Of a stretch of 64,000 nucleotides of DNA, positions 27,395-42,577 are shown in pieces. Numbering within the stretch: the stretch's first letter is position 1; each line of letters opens with the position of its first letter. A model generated the notes under the pieces. The model did no database searches. It had not been told where the DNA came from and saw nothing but the letters and a program-made list of their open reading frames with translations. A program made the translations under genes and the position numbers. Source of the DNA: the human T2T-CHM13v2.0 reference genome, Homo sapiens; the NCBI RefSeq assembly GCF_009914755.1, contig NC_060944.1. One strand, 5' to 3'.

Positions 27395-28658
27395 GCTGCA
27401 TACACTATGGTGGTCCCATAAGATGACCATGGAGCTGAAAAATTCCTGCCAAGGAAGTTGAGGCTGCAGTCAGCCATGTTTGCATCCCTGCACTCCAGCC
27501 TGAGCAACAGGGCGAGACCCTGTCTCAAAAAAAAAAAAAAAAAATTCCCGTTGCCTGGTGACGTCATAGCTGTCATCATGTTGTACAATGCATCACTTGT
27601 GTGTTTGTGGGGATGCTGGTGTAAACAAACCTACTGCACTGCTAGTCATATAAAAGTCTAGCACATATAAATACTGTATGTGCTGTGCATGATACTTGAT
27701 AATGATTAATAAACTACTATGTTACTGGTTTATGTATTTGCTATAATTTTAATCATTATTTTAGAGCATATACCTTCTACTAATTAAAAAAAAAAAGTTA
27801 ATTGTAAAACTGCCTCAGGCAGGTCCTTTGGGAGGTGTTCCAGAAGAAGGAAGGCATTGTTATCCTAGGAGATGACAGCTCCATGCATGTTACTGCGCTG
27901 GAAGCCCTTCCAGTGGGACAAGATGTGGAGGTGGAAGACAGTGATACTGACAACCCTGACCGTAGACCTAGGCTAATGTGTGCGTTTTTGTCTTTGTTTT
28001 TAACAAAAAAGTTCAAACAGTTAAAAAAATTAAAAACAGAAAAAACTCATAGAATAAGGATGTAAAGAAAGTACTTTTGTACAGCTGTACGAATGTGCTT
28101 GTGTTTTAAGGTAAGGGTTATTACAAAAGAGTCAAAAAGTTAAAACAAATTAAAAAGTTTATAAAATGAAAAAGTTACAGTAAGCTAAGGTTAATTTATT
28201 ATTGACAAAAGAAAAACGTATTTTCTAAATTAGCCTCAGTGTACAGTGTTTCTGAAGTCTACAGTAGTGTACAGTAATGTCCGAGGCCTTCACATTCACT
28301 CACCACTCACTCACTGACTCACCCAGAGCAACTTCCAGTCCTGCAAGCTCCATTCATGGTAAGTGCTCCATAGAAGTGGACACTTTTTATCTTTTATACC
28401 ATATTCTCACGGTACCTTTTCTCTGTGTAGATACAAAAACACTTACATTGTGTTACAACTGCTTGCAGTATTCAGGACAAAGACGTACTGTGCAAGTTTG
28501 TAACCTGGGAGCAACAGACTACACCACATAGCCTAGGTGTGTAGCAGGCTGTACAATCTAGGTTTGTGTAAGTCACTCTGTGACGTTCACACAACAAGGA
28601 AATTGCCTAATAATGCATTTCCCAGAACATATCCCCCCATTAAAGGGACACATGACTG
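27395..28658 (+). mobile_element. Tigger3b (Golem/MER7 group) DNA transposon, 5' TIR missing
   Basis: GGTGGTCCCATAAGAT, GATGCTGGTGTAAACAAACCTACTGC, CCAGTGGGACAAGATGTGGAGGTGGAAGACAGTGATA, CACTCACCACTCACTCACTGACTCACCCAGAGCAAC; 3' terminus CATGACTG+TA. Confidence 0.85.
27449..27544 (+). mobile_element. 5'-truncated Alu (3' ~75 bp plus poly(A)) inside Tigger3b
   Basis: GAGGCTGCAGT...CACTCCAGCCTG...GACCCTGTCTC(A)n flanked by AAAAATTCC duplication. Confidence 0.85.
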
Positions 28659-28742
28659 TACATGCCAAGGAAACATTTACGGAGCATCCACTTCAAAATT
28701 TACATCAGTGGAGAAAAGCGATTATTCAAAAGATCCCCATTC

Positions 28743-29074
<332 letters not shown>

Positions 29075-29396
29075 TCATCTGGGAAAGATTAAAGCTAAAT
29101 CCCCACCTTATTCCTCACACCAACATAAATTCCAGATGGATCAGAAATTTAATCCCTAAAACTAAAACCATAAAAGCATTAAAAATAGAATACTTTTAAA
29201 AAAATAACCTCAGAGTGAGAAAGATCTTTCTTAACATAACACAAAATCTGGAACACATTTTAAAAAATAATAATAAATTTGATTATATAAAAAAATGTAA
29301 TTCAAATGTCAAATAAAAGTCGAAGCACAAACAACAAAGCAAAAAAAGTGTTTACAACACATGCAGTTGGCAAAGGCTAATTTCCTTAATATATAA

Positions 29397-29773
<377 letters not shown>

Positions 29774-30529
29774 TGACTTTTAAACATAGGAGAAGATGCT
29801 TGACCACACTAGTATTAAAAGCAAAAATTATAATTATGATTGTATACCAATTGCTTTTAGCTAACAGACTGGCAAAAAGTTTCATAGCACTGTGTGTTGA
29901 TGAGAGTATAGAGAGACAGACATTCTCAAATATTATTACCGGGAGTAAAAAATCAGTAAGTACTATTACCCTAGAGGGCATTTTGACAATATTTATAAAA
30001 ATTTAAAATGAACATATCTTTTGGCTAAGCAATCCCACTTCTGGGATTTATCCTGCAGACACATGGGCACACATGCCAAACAATCTAGTGACAAAGCTCT
30101 CTGAGATAGCAACATTGGAAGCAACCCAAGTGCTTGGCAATAGGAAATTGGTTAAATAAATGTACCATCCTGCAAGGGAATACTAGCAACCATTTTTTTT
30201 TAAATGAAGCAGTACTTTATGTGCTGATATGAAATTATCTTCAAAATATATTAACATACATATATGCTCTTGCTTGCATAAAATGTCTCTGGAAAACGCA
30301 CAGGGCACTGGTTGCCTCTGCAGGGGGGAAATGGAGGCAGGGAGAGAGGCCACTTATGTTCGTGTTTGATTGCATTAACATGCACATGTATTACCTATTT
30401 TTAAAAATAACATTTCTATAGTTATTACACTTGCGTAGGTCGGCTGTGGCTTCCCTAAGGATAAGGTTAGTTCCTCGATTCAGGAGCCAAATGCCAAAGG
30501 GACTCCAACAGTGATTCACGTTTGGAAAC

Positions 30530-31300
30530 AGCCCGCGGGAATCTGTGCTGACTCATCGGAGGACCCAGTGGAACATGGCAGCTCCAAGGCAGAGCCAGCC
30601 TGAAACCCTGTGAACATGCTTTAGGACAACCAGACGGTCAGAGCGAGATGGGGTCGGGGTGGGGGACACCCTGAGCCAAGGAGCCAGTGACTTCCAGAAG
30701 AGTGAGGAGAAAATTCAAGGCTTTCCTCATGAAAGGGGGCAGAGCTGGGACAACATTCAAGGAGGCCAGGGGGATGTTGAGGGGGCCTGGCTGGAGGGCC
30801 TGGCAGGTGCATGGAGAGCCCCTTCCCAGACAAAGACCTGGGCCCAGTCCCTGAGAAGCACTGAGGCACCCACCAGGCTGGAAGCAGAGCCCTTCCCGCC
30901 CCCGCCCCGGCCACATCCACAGTTTGCTGGCATTTGCTGGCCTCCACCTCAGGCCCAGCTGAGTTAAGGAATTCCAAGGAACAGCCACCTCTTCCCATGC
31001 CCATCAAGGCGACCTTCCATGGTTTCCGTGGGACGTTTGGTCACACTGGGCTCAGAAATCTGCACTCTGTAAACTCACCGGTTTCTCCGTGACTGGGGTT
31101 TCCCTTTGTGCCTCAGTGTTCCTTTGGGAAATGTTCAACCTTTTTTTGGCCTAGTTAAGGAGAAAGGAATTTTTCCAGACTCAGTCAGAGATGTTGGCTC
31201 AGCTTGATTGGGAGGGAAGGGTGATTTTAATAAGGCCGGGGGTGGTAGTGGGGACAATGTGTGACCCCCCCGGGAAGTGGGACCGCACACGGTACCGGGG
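30530..31300. promoter_or_regulatory. Candidate stress/inflammation-responsive enhancer
   Basis: TGCTGACTCAT 30546-30556 (NF-E2/NRF2/MAF-type), TTCCAAGGAA 30972-30981, GGGGTTTCCC 31095-31104 (NF-kB-type), GGGAAGTG near 31272, all in unique GC-rich DNA; motif evidence only. Confidence 0.3.
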
Positions 31301-32209
31301 TGGGCAGTTCTGGCTCCTCCTGACCTGGCTGTCCCTCCCCAGTGCCATGAGTTTTGAGCCTGGTTGCCTTGGTGACCCGTTTTCAGTCCTTATTCACCTC
31401 CTAACCATCTCATGTTCTCTCGAGCCTCCTTCCATCCCCAGCACAGTCCACACACAATGTAAGTGCTCAAAAGTCGAACTGTAGCACTGAGTTGAGGGGC
31501 GGTCAGCCCCGGTGAGCCCTGGTGTCTCATCATGGTTTCCCCATGGCTGTCTCCACCCCTCTTCCAGAAAAGCTATTGAGAAATGGAACTCTTTGACATC
31601 ACCCCTAGCTAAAGTTGCTGAAAACAGCTCAGAGGAGTGAATTCCACAGAGCCCTATGCCCCGCCTAGATTCCTGGGGCTTCTTGTCTCATGGAGTCTGC
31701 AGAGCCGCGTCCAGACCCCTCATCCTGGACCGCTACCCGGCATCGGCCTCCTCCACGTAGTCTTCTTGCTCCCACTGCAATCTGACTTTCTGCCAAACCA
31801 TTTCCCTCCTGGCTTCAAACTTTTGTCGGGAAAGAGATGAAATCAGCACTTGGAGAGCTGGAAAGGGAAAAACAGCTGCTTTTCACAAAATGGGCTAGGG
31901 AGGGGGAAGCGGAGCAGCACAGCTGGATCTTGGTGGGAAAGCCAGAGTCTGGTGGGAACGTACAGCTCACAGCAGGAGAGACAAACACACAAACCTAGAG
32001 GGGCCCAGCGGCAGCAGCTCAGGGGCTTGCTTGCCAATGGCACCTTGTGCCGTATTCTTCAGATACAGTCACATCTCATATCCACATTAACCATCCTAGG
32101 GCTGTAGAGATTTTCTCCATTTTAGAGAGGTAGGCACAAAAAAAAAAAAAAAAAGATTTCTCTTTCCCCTTAGTTCTCCTATAAGAATAATTATAGTGCG
32201 TGTGCTTGG

Positions 32210-32505
32210 GACAAATAGAGAGTGGTGGGGCCTGTGGCATCAAGGCCGCCAGGTAAAATTGCTCAGGTTGGGCGGACTCTGTGGCATCTTGCAACTGTGG
32301 CCGTGTGGCTATGTGGGCCTCTGATAACAACTATGATTTTTCAAGAGGAGCCAGGGATCTGGATTTTTATTTAAAAATTACCTGAGATTTAAACATTGGC
32401 AACTAATTCAGAAGCTTTACGGTATTGAGCAGTCAGTAGTACACTGTGGGCCAAGCAAAACATGTCTGTGGGTAGAGTTGGGGCTGAGGGCTGGAGTTTG
32501 AGTCC
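32210..32505 (+). mobile_element. MER102-like (hAT-Charlie)
   Basis: GATTTTTCAAGAGGAGCCAGGGATCTGGATTTTTAT, CATTGGCAACTAATTCA, ACACTGTGGGCCAAGCAAAACATGTCTG. Confidence 0.65.
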
Positions 32506-32526
32506 TCCTTTATGGGTGAGAACTGA

Positions 32527-33066
<540 letters not shown>

Positions 33067-33285
33067 TAACATAAGAGTATTTTAAAATATCAGTGGCTTA
33101 TCAGGCACGATGCTAGGTGCTTGACATAAATATTGGTTTAAAATCAACACATCTAAGGGAGATCACATTAATGCTTCATTTACTAAATGTCTAATGGTTT
33201 TTGAGTTGTAAGGCAAGGTTTCAAAAGCCTAATCAATTTATATATATATAAAGTTAACATGTCCACATCCTTATGATGCAGGTAA

Positions 33286-33595
<310 letters not shown>

Positions 33596-33654
33596 TATTC
33601 ACATTTTATGTATAAGGAAAGTGAGGCCCAAAGACATCTGACCACAGCTTATAA

Positions 33655-34048
33655 GCAGCATTTCCTGGGGATCTTCTTCAGAGGGCTCCCTTCACCTTGC
33701 TTGGAGGGACAGAGAGCCCAAGGTGCCTAGAAATTTGCATTCTCCTCCCACACCTGCAATCCTTGTCCAATGACTAATGGGCACAAGAATTTGAAAGTCC
33801 AGCTCCCTTGCCTTGGGTTAAGATTAACTGAAGTGTCCCCTGCACTCAGAGCTCCCCCTCAGGATCAGGCTGAAAAGCCGTCATCTGTAGGATGTCGCCT
33901 GTGATCACCCCTGGCTTGGATTCCTCTCTACCCCAACCTGCTTCCTTCAGCCCCTTCCCAGTTTGCCCTGGGAGCACTTCCTTAATAAATCGCAGGCACA
34001 CGAGACCTTGTCCCAGATCTGTTCTGGAAGAATCCACACTTAGGCACA
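33655..34048 (+). mobile_element. LTR16A-like ERVL LTR
   Basis: CCAGCTCCCTTGCCT, CAGAGCTCCCCCTCAGGATCAGGCTGA, CCCTGGGAGCACTTCCTTAATAAATC. Confidence 0.7.
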
Positions 34049-35015
34049 GCCAAGGCTAATGGGCAACTCCTCTTACAGGAGAGAAAGAATCACCCTGCCA
34101 GGGGCTGGTACAATTGTTTGAGAGCCTCGGAGGACATAGGCTATAAAAGGACATTGCTTTCTCTGAGAACCAAGTAGCATGCTGGGGCCCCTCCTGCAGC
34201 CTCTCTGCTCTCCCACCCCACCCCTTCCTCCACACATCATCCCTCCATATAGATGTGTCATTGCTGCCAAGCATCCTTCCACCCTTCCCGCTGCCCTGGC
34301 AACCACGAAGATGGTGTGTGTCTGACCCTGCCCTAGCTCCAGAGTCCTGACTGGAGTAAGTCTTAGCTACCTTGTCATAGTGGTTGGTACAAATAACCCA
34401 GACTGAAGTCACTTCGCATATGAGATTCCCATGGAACACCACAGGGAGTGGCCCAGAGGCTGGGAACACAAATTCAATCTCGAGGGTGTACAGGCTTGGA
34501 ACATGGGGAAATCCAGCAGAAAATCAAGTGGATCTACAGAAATGGGCAGACAAGAAAAGTGAAAGGAAAGGACACCAGAGCCCAAACCTGGCTTCTGTTG
34601 CTTGCCAACAAAAGCATTGTGACAATTCCCAGGACTCCCAGAGACCTGTTGTGTGTTTTGGAAATTCACAGAGCACCTAAGACTGAGCAGAAATACAGAG
34701 GAGGTAGACACTGGTCCAGTGTGGCTGGTAGATGCTGACGGTGGGAAGCACAGGATCTGCCCAGGGTGTTGGGTGCTTCTGCAGAAGGATCAGCCCTGCC
34801 ATGAACATGAAAACCCCTTGCCTGATCCCTGCAGCTCCAGCCAGTCACTAAATGACAGCCATGTGACTACTGTGTGTGATGGGCTCACCAAGTGCATCCG
34901 ATACAGCTTGTGAATTCAAGGACCTTGCAATCTAGTTAGAGGGACCACATTGGCTGCATAGGGTGGGGGTAAGGGCATGGTTTGGGGATCAGATGGACTT
35001 GGGTCTGGGTAGCAC

Positions 35016-35342
35016 CAAATCTCTGTGGGCCTCAAGTTCCTTATACGCAAATGAGAGATAATACCATTATCTACACCATAAGGATGTGTTGACTTTTGAA
35101 AAATATATTTTTATAATTAATCAGGCTTTGAAACCTTGACTCACATATAATTCAAAATCATTAGACATTTTGTAAATGAAGCATTCATTTGATCTTTAGA
35201 TGTGCTGACTTTTAAACAATATTTATGTCAAGTACCCAGCATCATGCCTGATGAGCAATTAATATTTTAAAATGTTGACTATTATATTAGAGTTATCATT
35301 AATGAAGGCAGGTGAAAAGTGAAATGGTAAGAAACAGCTTAT
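35016..35342 (-). repeat. Right arm of local inverted duplication (partly MIR-derived)
   Basis: Reverse complement matches 32669-33640 minus its Alus; ORF track shows [11 protein letters not shown][LI]NDNSNIIV on opposite strands. Confidence 0.9.
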
Positions 35343-35723
35343 GCTGTGCCCTAAGTGACAGACACAGACAAGGGGTGAGGTCTTTCTAGGAAAGTTTAGG
35401 AAAAGACAGGCTTGTGCCTCCTTTAAAAGACGGGGTGAGGGGGAACTAATGCTGTTACAAAGGTCTCTATCTCTGATCAGAGAAGTGCTGGGAGCCACAT
35501 GAGGAAAGAGGGTTTGCATGGGCAGGATTCCATTACCAATTTGAGCTTCAATCCCAACATGGCTTTCATTCCAAGGTCTTTATCCAGAAGTCTGATTTGA
35601 GGGATAAGAATCAGGGAAATGTCTTGGCTCCCATGTTAGTGTATGTGATGAAAAGAGACAGCAACTGGCATTTACTGGACCTCTACGATGTACCAGGCCC
35701 TGTGTAGGTGTTTTTATAAATAG

Positions 35724-36149
35724 TGTATCTGTCAGCTATTCCCACAATAAAGCTGTGTAACAAAATTCACAGCATACAACATCTTCGGGTTACATGGAAT
35801 TTGGCTGGCCTAAGCGGGGCTCAGCTGGGCCTGACTCCTGGCCATCGGATGGGTTCAATTCTGCTTAGTATGTTTCTTATACTTCTGGAACCAGCGCTAC
35901 CTAAAAAATTATTTTCTACAATGATGGTAAAAAAGTGCAGGAGCCAGCTTAACAGCACAAGCCCACTCAAGCCTTCACTTACATCATGACTGTCAACATC
36001 CTTGACCATAGCAAGTCACATGGCTAAGACCAAAGCTAAGGGACATTAAGTATACTCTGCCACCTGAGGCCATAGCAAGAGTGTGGACATCTAATATTAA
36101 TGCTACTACAGGGAAGTGAAAATAGGAAATTATTATTCTACCTTCTACA
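35724..36149 (-). mobile_element. MLT1J/K-like MaLR LTR
   Basis: GTCAGCTATT...GCTGTGTAACAAA, AGCAAGTCACATGGC, AAGTATACTCTGCC. Confidence 0.65.
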
Positions 36150-36409
36150 GAAGCTGTTTTATTCTATCCTCTTCAACAACCCCAACAGGCAGCCATTATT
36201 AACCCCAATTTAGAGATTTTAAAAACCGAGACTCGGAAAATGCCACAGTAATTTAGAATGTCTAAGCCACCAAACTAAGATTTGTGCCTTGTCTGCCTGG
36301 CTCCAAAAACTGGGGTCTTCTGCCATTCTGGGCAGCCTGTTAAGTTGAGAATTTGCATTTTAAACCATCCATCTGTGGGCAACAGTGACCTATCATAAAC
36401 CACGGTCAA

Positions 36410-36665
36410 AATCAGAGAGAAGGATTTGAGTACAAGTAGGTGATTTGGGAGGTGATCTCAAGAAGCACCATAGAGAAATGTGGAAGAGAAACAGGGAAGA
36501 GAAGCCAAGAAAGGGGGCTTACTGGAGCCAGTTACTGCTGTGGGAGGATGGGCTACTGAGGACAGGGGTGACCAATAGAAGAGGGTCACATACTTCAGAG
36601 TTGTTGCAACCAACAGGCGGGGAGCTGGGGTCCTTGTCCATCAACTTCCAGGAGCCATTGAGAAG
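36410..36665 (-). mobile_element. LTR33/LTR16-group LTR fragment
   Basis: AAGGATTTGAGTACAAGTAG...ATTTGGGAGGTGATCTCAAGAAGCACC. Confidence 0.6.
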
Positions 36666-36709
36666 CACCACTCTGGTTCACTGGGTCTCAATCTAAAATC
36701 ATCTGGGAG

Positions 36710-37007
36710 TTTGTTGTTGTTGTTGTTGAGACAGTGTCTCACTCTGTCACCCAGGCTGGAGTGCAGTGGTGTGATCTTGGCTCACTGCAACCTACCTCTG
36801 CCTCCCAGGTTCAAGCAATTCTCCTACCTCTGCCTCCAGAGTAGCTGGGATTACAGGCGTGTGCCACCACACTCGGTTAAATTTTGTACTTTTAGTAGAG
36901 ATGGGGGTTCCCCATGTTGGCGAGGCTGATCTCGAACTCCTGACCTCAAGTGATCCACCCGCCTCGGCCTCCCAAAGTTCTGGGATTATGAGTCACCGCG
37001 CCTGGCC
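36710..37007 (-). mobile_element. AluS inserted in a MER5-like remnant
   Basis: Antisense Alu with (TTG)n tail. Confidence 0.92.
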
Positions 37008-37695
37008 AAGTTTATTTTTTTTTTCCGTGATGGCTGGGTCTCAGCTCCAGTGATTTTGAGCTGATGAGGCTGTGTCAGCCTGAGCATGGGACTGGTGAAA
37101 GCTCCCCCAGTGACCTGTTGGACATGGTAGTTTGGGAAGCTCTGGTCTAGCTAGTTCCTCGGATCCCTCTGAGCCTACAAGTTCGAGGCCTCTTTGAACA
37201 AGCTCAGCTGAGGATGGAAACCCTGAGAAAGTGGCCCGTGCAGCTGGAGATAAATCATTTATTGGCCGGGGCTGCAGCTGGTGGCGGCTTGAGAAATGAG
37301 CTTTTTGGCCTTAACTCCACTGTTTGTGCTCCCGTGACCATAAGGGAACTGAACGCACAGACTTTCTTTTTAGAAAGAAAAAAAAAATGTCAAGCATATT
37401 TTCCAAGGTTTAATTTCCCTCCAATGTCCTGAAGAAACCTTTCGAAAAGCTTAGACTGCCTCAACCCCAGTATCTAGTAATAACATCAAACACTTTGAAA
37501 TGGAGACCCAGTGTGACTTTGTTTAACTAAATAAAACCCAGGGAAGGAGAGAAATTAAAAAGAGCACGGGTTTAAGAGAAGTCAAATTTCCACCAAAAAG
37601 GTGGAAGAGGGAAGCTGGTTGGTGGAGTAGGATGGGAGGCAGATGCCGAATCCCAAGAGTTTAAAATTCAGGAAAAGAAGAGAAATGCACTGTCT

Positions 37696-37879
37696 TTGCC
37701 AGATTTAGCAAATAAAAATATGGGATGCCTAGTTCAATTTGAATTTCAGATAAACAATGAATTTTTTTTAGTGTGTGTCCTGTGCAATATTTGGGACATA
37801 CTTATACTAAAAATATTATTCATTGCCCATCTGAAATTCAAATTGAACTGGGCATCCTGGATTTTATCTGGCAACCATA
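37696..37879. mobile_element. MER53 palindromic hAT MITE
   Basis: TTGCCAGATTTAGCAAATAAAAATA...TTTGAATTTCAGATAAACAA...GGGACATACTTATACTAAAA...ATCTGAAATTCAAATT...TTTTATCTGGCAACC. Confidence 0.88.
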
Positions 37880-39009
37880 AAACATACAAAAATTGGTCTC
37901 AACTGGTCAGGACACCCTTAACCAGGTGTCTCTGAGTTAAATTGGGTGACTCTGTGCTAAACGAGATGTCTCTGGTCTTAACTGGGCATCCCTGGTCTTC
38001 TCCCATTTGTAACTGGAGTGGAAATACCCATAAAGGAAGATAAGGAAATAAATGGATGGAAAGGAGAGGAGACAGAGAAAAAGGGGGTCTTCATGGGAAG
38101 GGCAGGGGCACCAGCATCCCTCTGCCTGCTTTCTCCCACCCCTGAGCTCTCAGCACAGCCGAGGGACCTGAGGTCAGAGTCCCTGTCCAGAGTGAGAATT
38201 CGCCTTTCCCTCTGTGAGCTGAGGATTTGGAGGAAGGTCTGCAGAAATCGGGAGGGCCATCTGCCCCAGCCCTGGAGAAATGAGATGGGGTGCTGGAGGT
38301 TTAACCCCCAGGCACGGACTCGGGGCCACCCCTTCCCTATGGCCTGCCCTCCTTTGCCCAATCCTTTCTTCCCTGTGCTGCCTCCATCCGCCCTCTTCTC
38401 TTCTCCTACCTCCTCATCTCTTACCCTCCAAATAAGGAAGCCAGAGGCAGTGGTGTGGTCAGGGAGGATGCCTGCAGGTCTGATCCCTGCCCCCAGACAG
38501 AATCCAGTTGCCAATGAGGCAGCTGGGGAGGGTTTGGAGGAAGGGCTGTGGGTGCTGGGTGGTGCTGGGGATCCTGGCTCGCTGACCGCACAGGGCCCCA
38601 CCGCTGGCTCCAGAGGACTCAGTGTAGCTGTCTCAGGCCTGCCAGGGCGCCTGCATTGGAGCCACATCAAGGTGAGAAGAGGGCCTGGCCTGCAAGGCAG
38701 CAAAGAACAGCTTTATTCCTTCACTGCCAGCGGCTCTGGGAGGTGGAAGATGACGTGGCCCAGTCATTCCACTCCCAGGAACTGACCCAAAGAAAATAAT
38801 CCAGCCCAAGAAAGAGAGCTGTGCTCAGAAATATTCACAGCAACATAAGGGAAGTGGTTTCATAAACCTTGGCATGTCAGCACCGTGGAATGTTCCTTTA
38901 TTTCACCCGACATTTAAGTGACCACTTGGTGACAGGCATCCTGCCAGCTACTGGGTACCCAAAGGAGGGTATAAGCCGATCCCTTTTCTCTGGGGTTCAC
39001 AAGCAAAAT

Positions 39010-39190
39010 GAGGGAGGTTGAGAATGCAGCCTCCAGAGTCAGGTAGCGATGGGTCTGTACACCTGTCTGTCCCCTCATCTGTAAAGTGGTGACACCCCAT
39101 AGGAAGTGGTGAGGGCCAGTGGGGTGACACGCATCACACACACAGCACAGTGCCTGACATGCAGTGAGTGCTCAGCAGTTACCAACTACC
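39010..39190 (+). mobile_element. MIR
   Basis: CCTCATCTGTAAAGTGG...CAGCACAGTGCCTGACATGCAGTGAGTGCTCA. Confidence 0.65.
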
Positions 39191-39782
39191 CTCATGGCTC
39201 CTCCTACTCCTGCAGGGATGTGACAGGCATGGTGACGGGAGGATGTGTGAGCCGTTAAGAGTTCACAGAAGAGGGTGTGTAGGCACCACCACTGAAGTAT
39301 GCGCAAGTGCTGAGAGCAGAAGGAATGATGGGGTTTAATTCTACTGGAGATGTCACCAAAGGTCACCATAGGCCTTAACTCAGCTGGGTCTTGAAGGATG
39401 TATAGAAGTTTGCTGGATGGACAAGAAATGAAAAGACATGCCAGGTAGAAGCAAACCTGTGGGCCCAGTGTGGGCAAATTCAACTCCACCAGACTCAGCT
39501 CTCCATCATGGTCCCCAGCCTTTTGGTGATGATCTCAATCTACTCAAGATGTTTTCAGGCCAACATTGAAAGGAAAGGTTCTGGGTCTCTTCCCTTTTCT
39601 TCCCATGATTCTCAGCCCCTGTGCAAATGTTCCCATCTTTCCCAGCAGTCTTTGCACTCTTCATATCAAGAGATATTAGAAAGACCAGAAGTGAGCCATT
39701 TCAATGTCCACTCGCACACAACCGGGTGAAAAGATCCCACGTTCTTGAAGGAAGGGTCTGTGGTGATAATATTGATTAATAA

Positions 39783-40347
<565 letters not shown>

Positions 40348-40349
40348 GT

Positions 40350-40525
40350 TTACTCTCTATTGAGTACTTTACAAATACCATCTCTGTGAATTAGGTATTC
40401 TTATCCCCTGAGCTTAGATAATGCAGCTGAGTTGACGCGGCCTGCTGAAGGTCACCCAGCTACTAATAGTGAATCTAGGTTCAAACCCAGGGCTGCCAGA
40501 GCCCATTCCCTTACACTGGGTCATG
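40350..40525 (-). mobile_element. MIR (donor of the insert at 39959-40032)
   Basis: AAGGTCACCCAGCTACTAATAG...GGTTCAAACCCAGG. Confidence 0.7.
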
Positions 40526-40545
40526 TTACTAAAAATGCCAAAAGA

Positions 40546-41050
<505 letters not shown>

Positions 41051-41217
41051 TCAGGGCTTTGATCAAGAAAGGCGAGAAGGCAGGGTTGAGCTCTTCGCTT
41101 GAGAGAAGGGGTTAGCTGGTGATGTTGTCATAAGCCCACGAGGGGCCACAGCTCTAGACCTGAGTGCTACACATTGACCCTCCTCTTGGCACCAGACACT
41201 GCCCTGCTTGTCATTTC

Positions 41218-41690
41218 TGTACGGATCAGGGTCCCAGCACAAAACCAAAACCATGCTAGATCTTCCAACCCAGGGAGTTTAATAGAGGGAACTTGTTTTG
41301 CAGCTTTGAATTGATGAACAGCCATATGAGGATGTCGAGGTCACCCAGAGGTTAGTAACAACAGGAAGCCACTGCTACCATCACTAGGGCTGGGACAGGA
41401 AAGGACAAAGGGACAAGGTGGGGTCATCAGAGTTGATGGTTCTGGGGCCTCTGGCAGGAGCTGGAGCCGCAGCAGAGAGGCAGCCACTGCCTGACACACC
41501 CCCAGAAGCAGAGCAGGGAGACACACCCTGAGCTCTCCCCGCCTCTGCCCTCCAGGCTTCTACTCACTTGTCCAAGCCTATCTGAAGCCAGAGGGCAGGG
41601 GCCCTGGAAGGGACCCTCTCCACACTGTAGAACAGAAAGCAGAAAGGAGAGAAAAGGGTCTGAGAGAAAACAGGAGGAGGCCAGACACAA
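41218..41690 (-). mobile_element. Old ERV LTR (LTR78/79-like)
   Basis: TCAGGGTCCCAG...TTTAATAGAGGGAA...AGTAACAACAGGAAGCCACTGCTACCA...CTAGGGCTGG. Confidence 0.5.
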
Positions 41691-41699
41691 TGTCTACCC

Positions 41700-41960
41700 C
41701 AACAACTGCCCTTCAAGGTCATTGTTTTTACCCCATTGTAGAGATGAGGAAACTGAGGAAACACTCACATATCCACACCTGCACCTACACATGTACACAT
41801 CACATACACATATGCACACATACAACCATTATGCACATCATACACACAGGCTCACTGCTTCACTTTGAAGAGGTTAAATGACTGAGCCAACCAAGATGAG
41901 ACAACTTTTAGGTTGGTGGAGACCTAATTTAAACCCAGGTCACTATATCGGTTTTCACAG
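41700..41960 (-). mobile_element. MIR interrupted by a 109-bp local copy
   Basis: CCCCATTGTAGAGATGAGGAAACTGAGG|insert|GAGGTTAAATGACT...TTTAAACCCAGG. Confidence 0.75.
41761..41869 (+). repeat. Direct dispersed copy of 43085-43193
   Basis: 109 bp ungapped match with 8 mismatches by manual comparison. Confidence 0.95.
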
Positions 41961-42216
41961 CTCAGGCCAAACTGGTCACCTCCAGGACTTTGTGAATCAT
42001 GAAGAATCCAACAACAAAACAACAGCAACAACAGCAACAACATAACAATGTAAGAGACCTTGAAGTTCCAAAGGCTTAGCCCGTGTGGGGCCAAGGGTCA
42101 AGGGCCCTCGGATGATGATGGTGCTCGTGTTTCCCTCTCCTCCTCGGCTCCCTAAGTCCCAGCTGCAGAAGAACATTCTATTAAGCCACAGCCAGCACTC
42201 TGGTTTTGGGGACTAA

Positions 42217-42577
<361 letters not shown>

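Noticed and set aside
37791-37811. Calling this an annotated MIR1302 gene
   Set aside because: One mismatch to the mature sequence as I recall it and no expression evidence; kept only as a finding
37978-38785. Longest ORFs (255 aa + and 241 aa -) overlapping on opposite strands
   Set aside because: No recognisable domain, non-ATG start for the + ORF, Pro/Gly/Ser/Arg-rich composition typical of chance ORFs in GC-rich DNA
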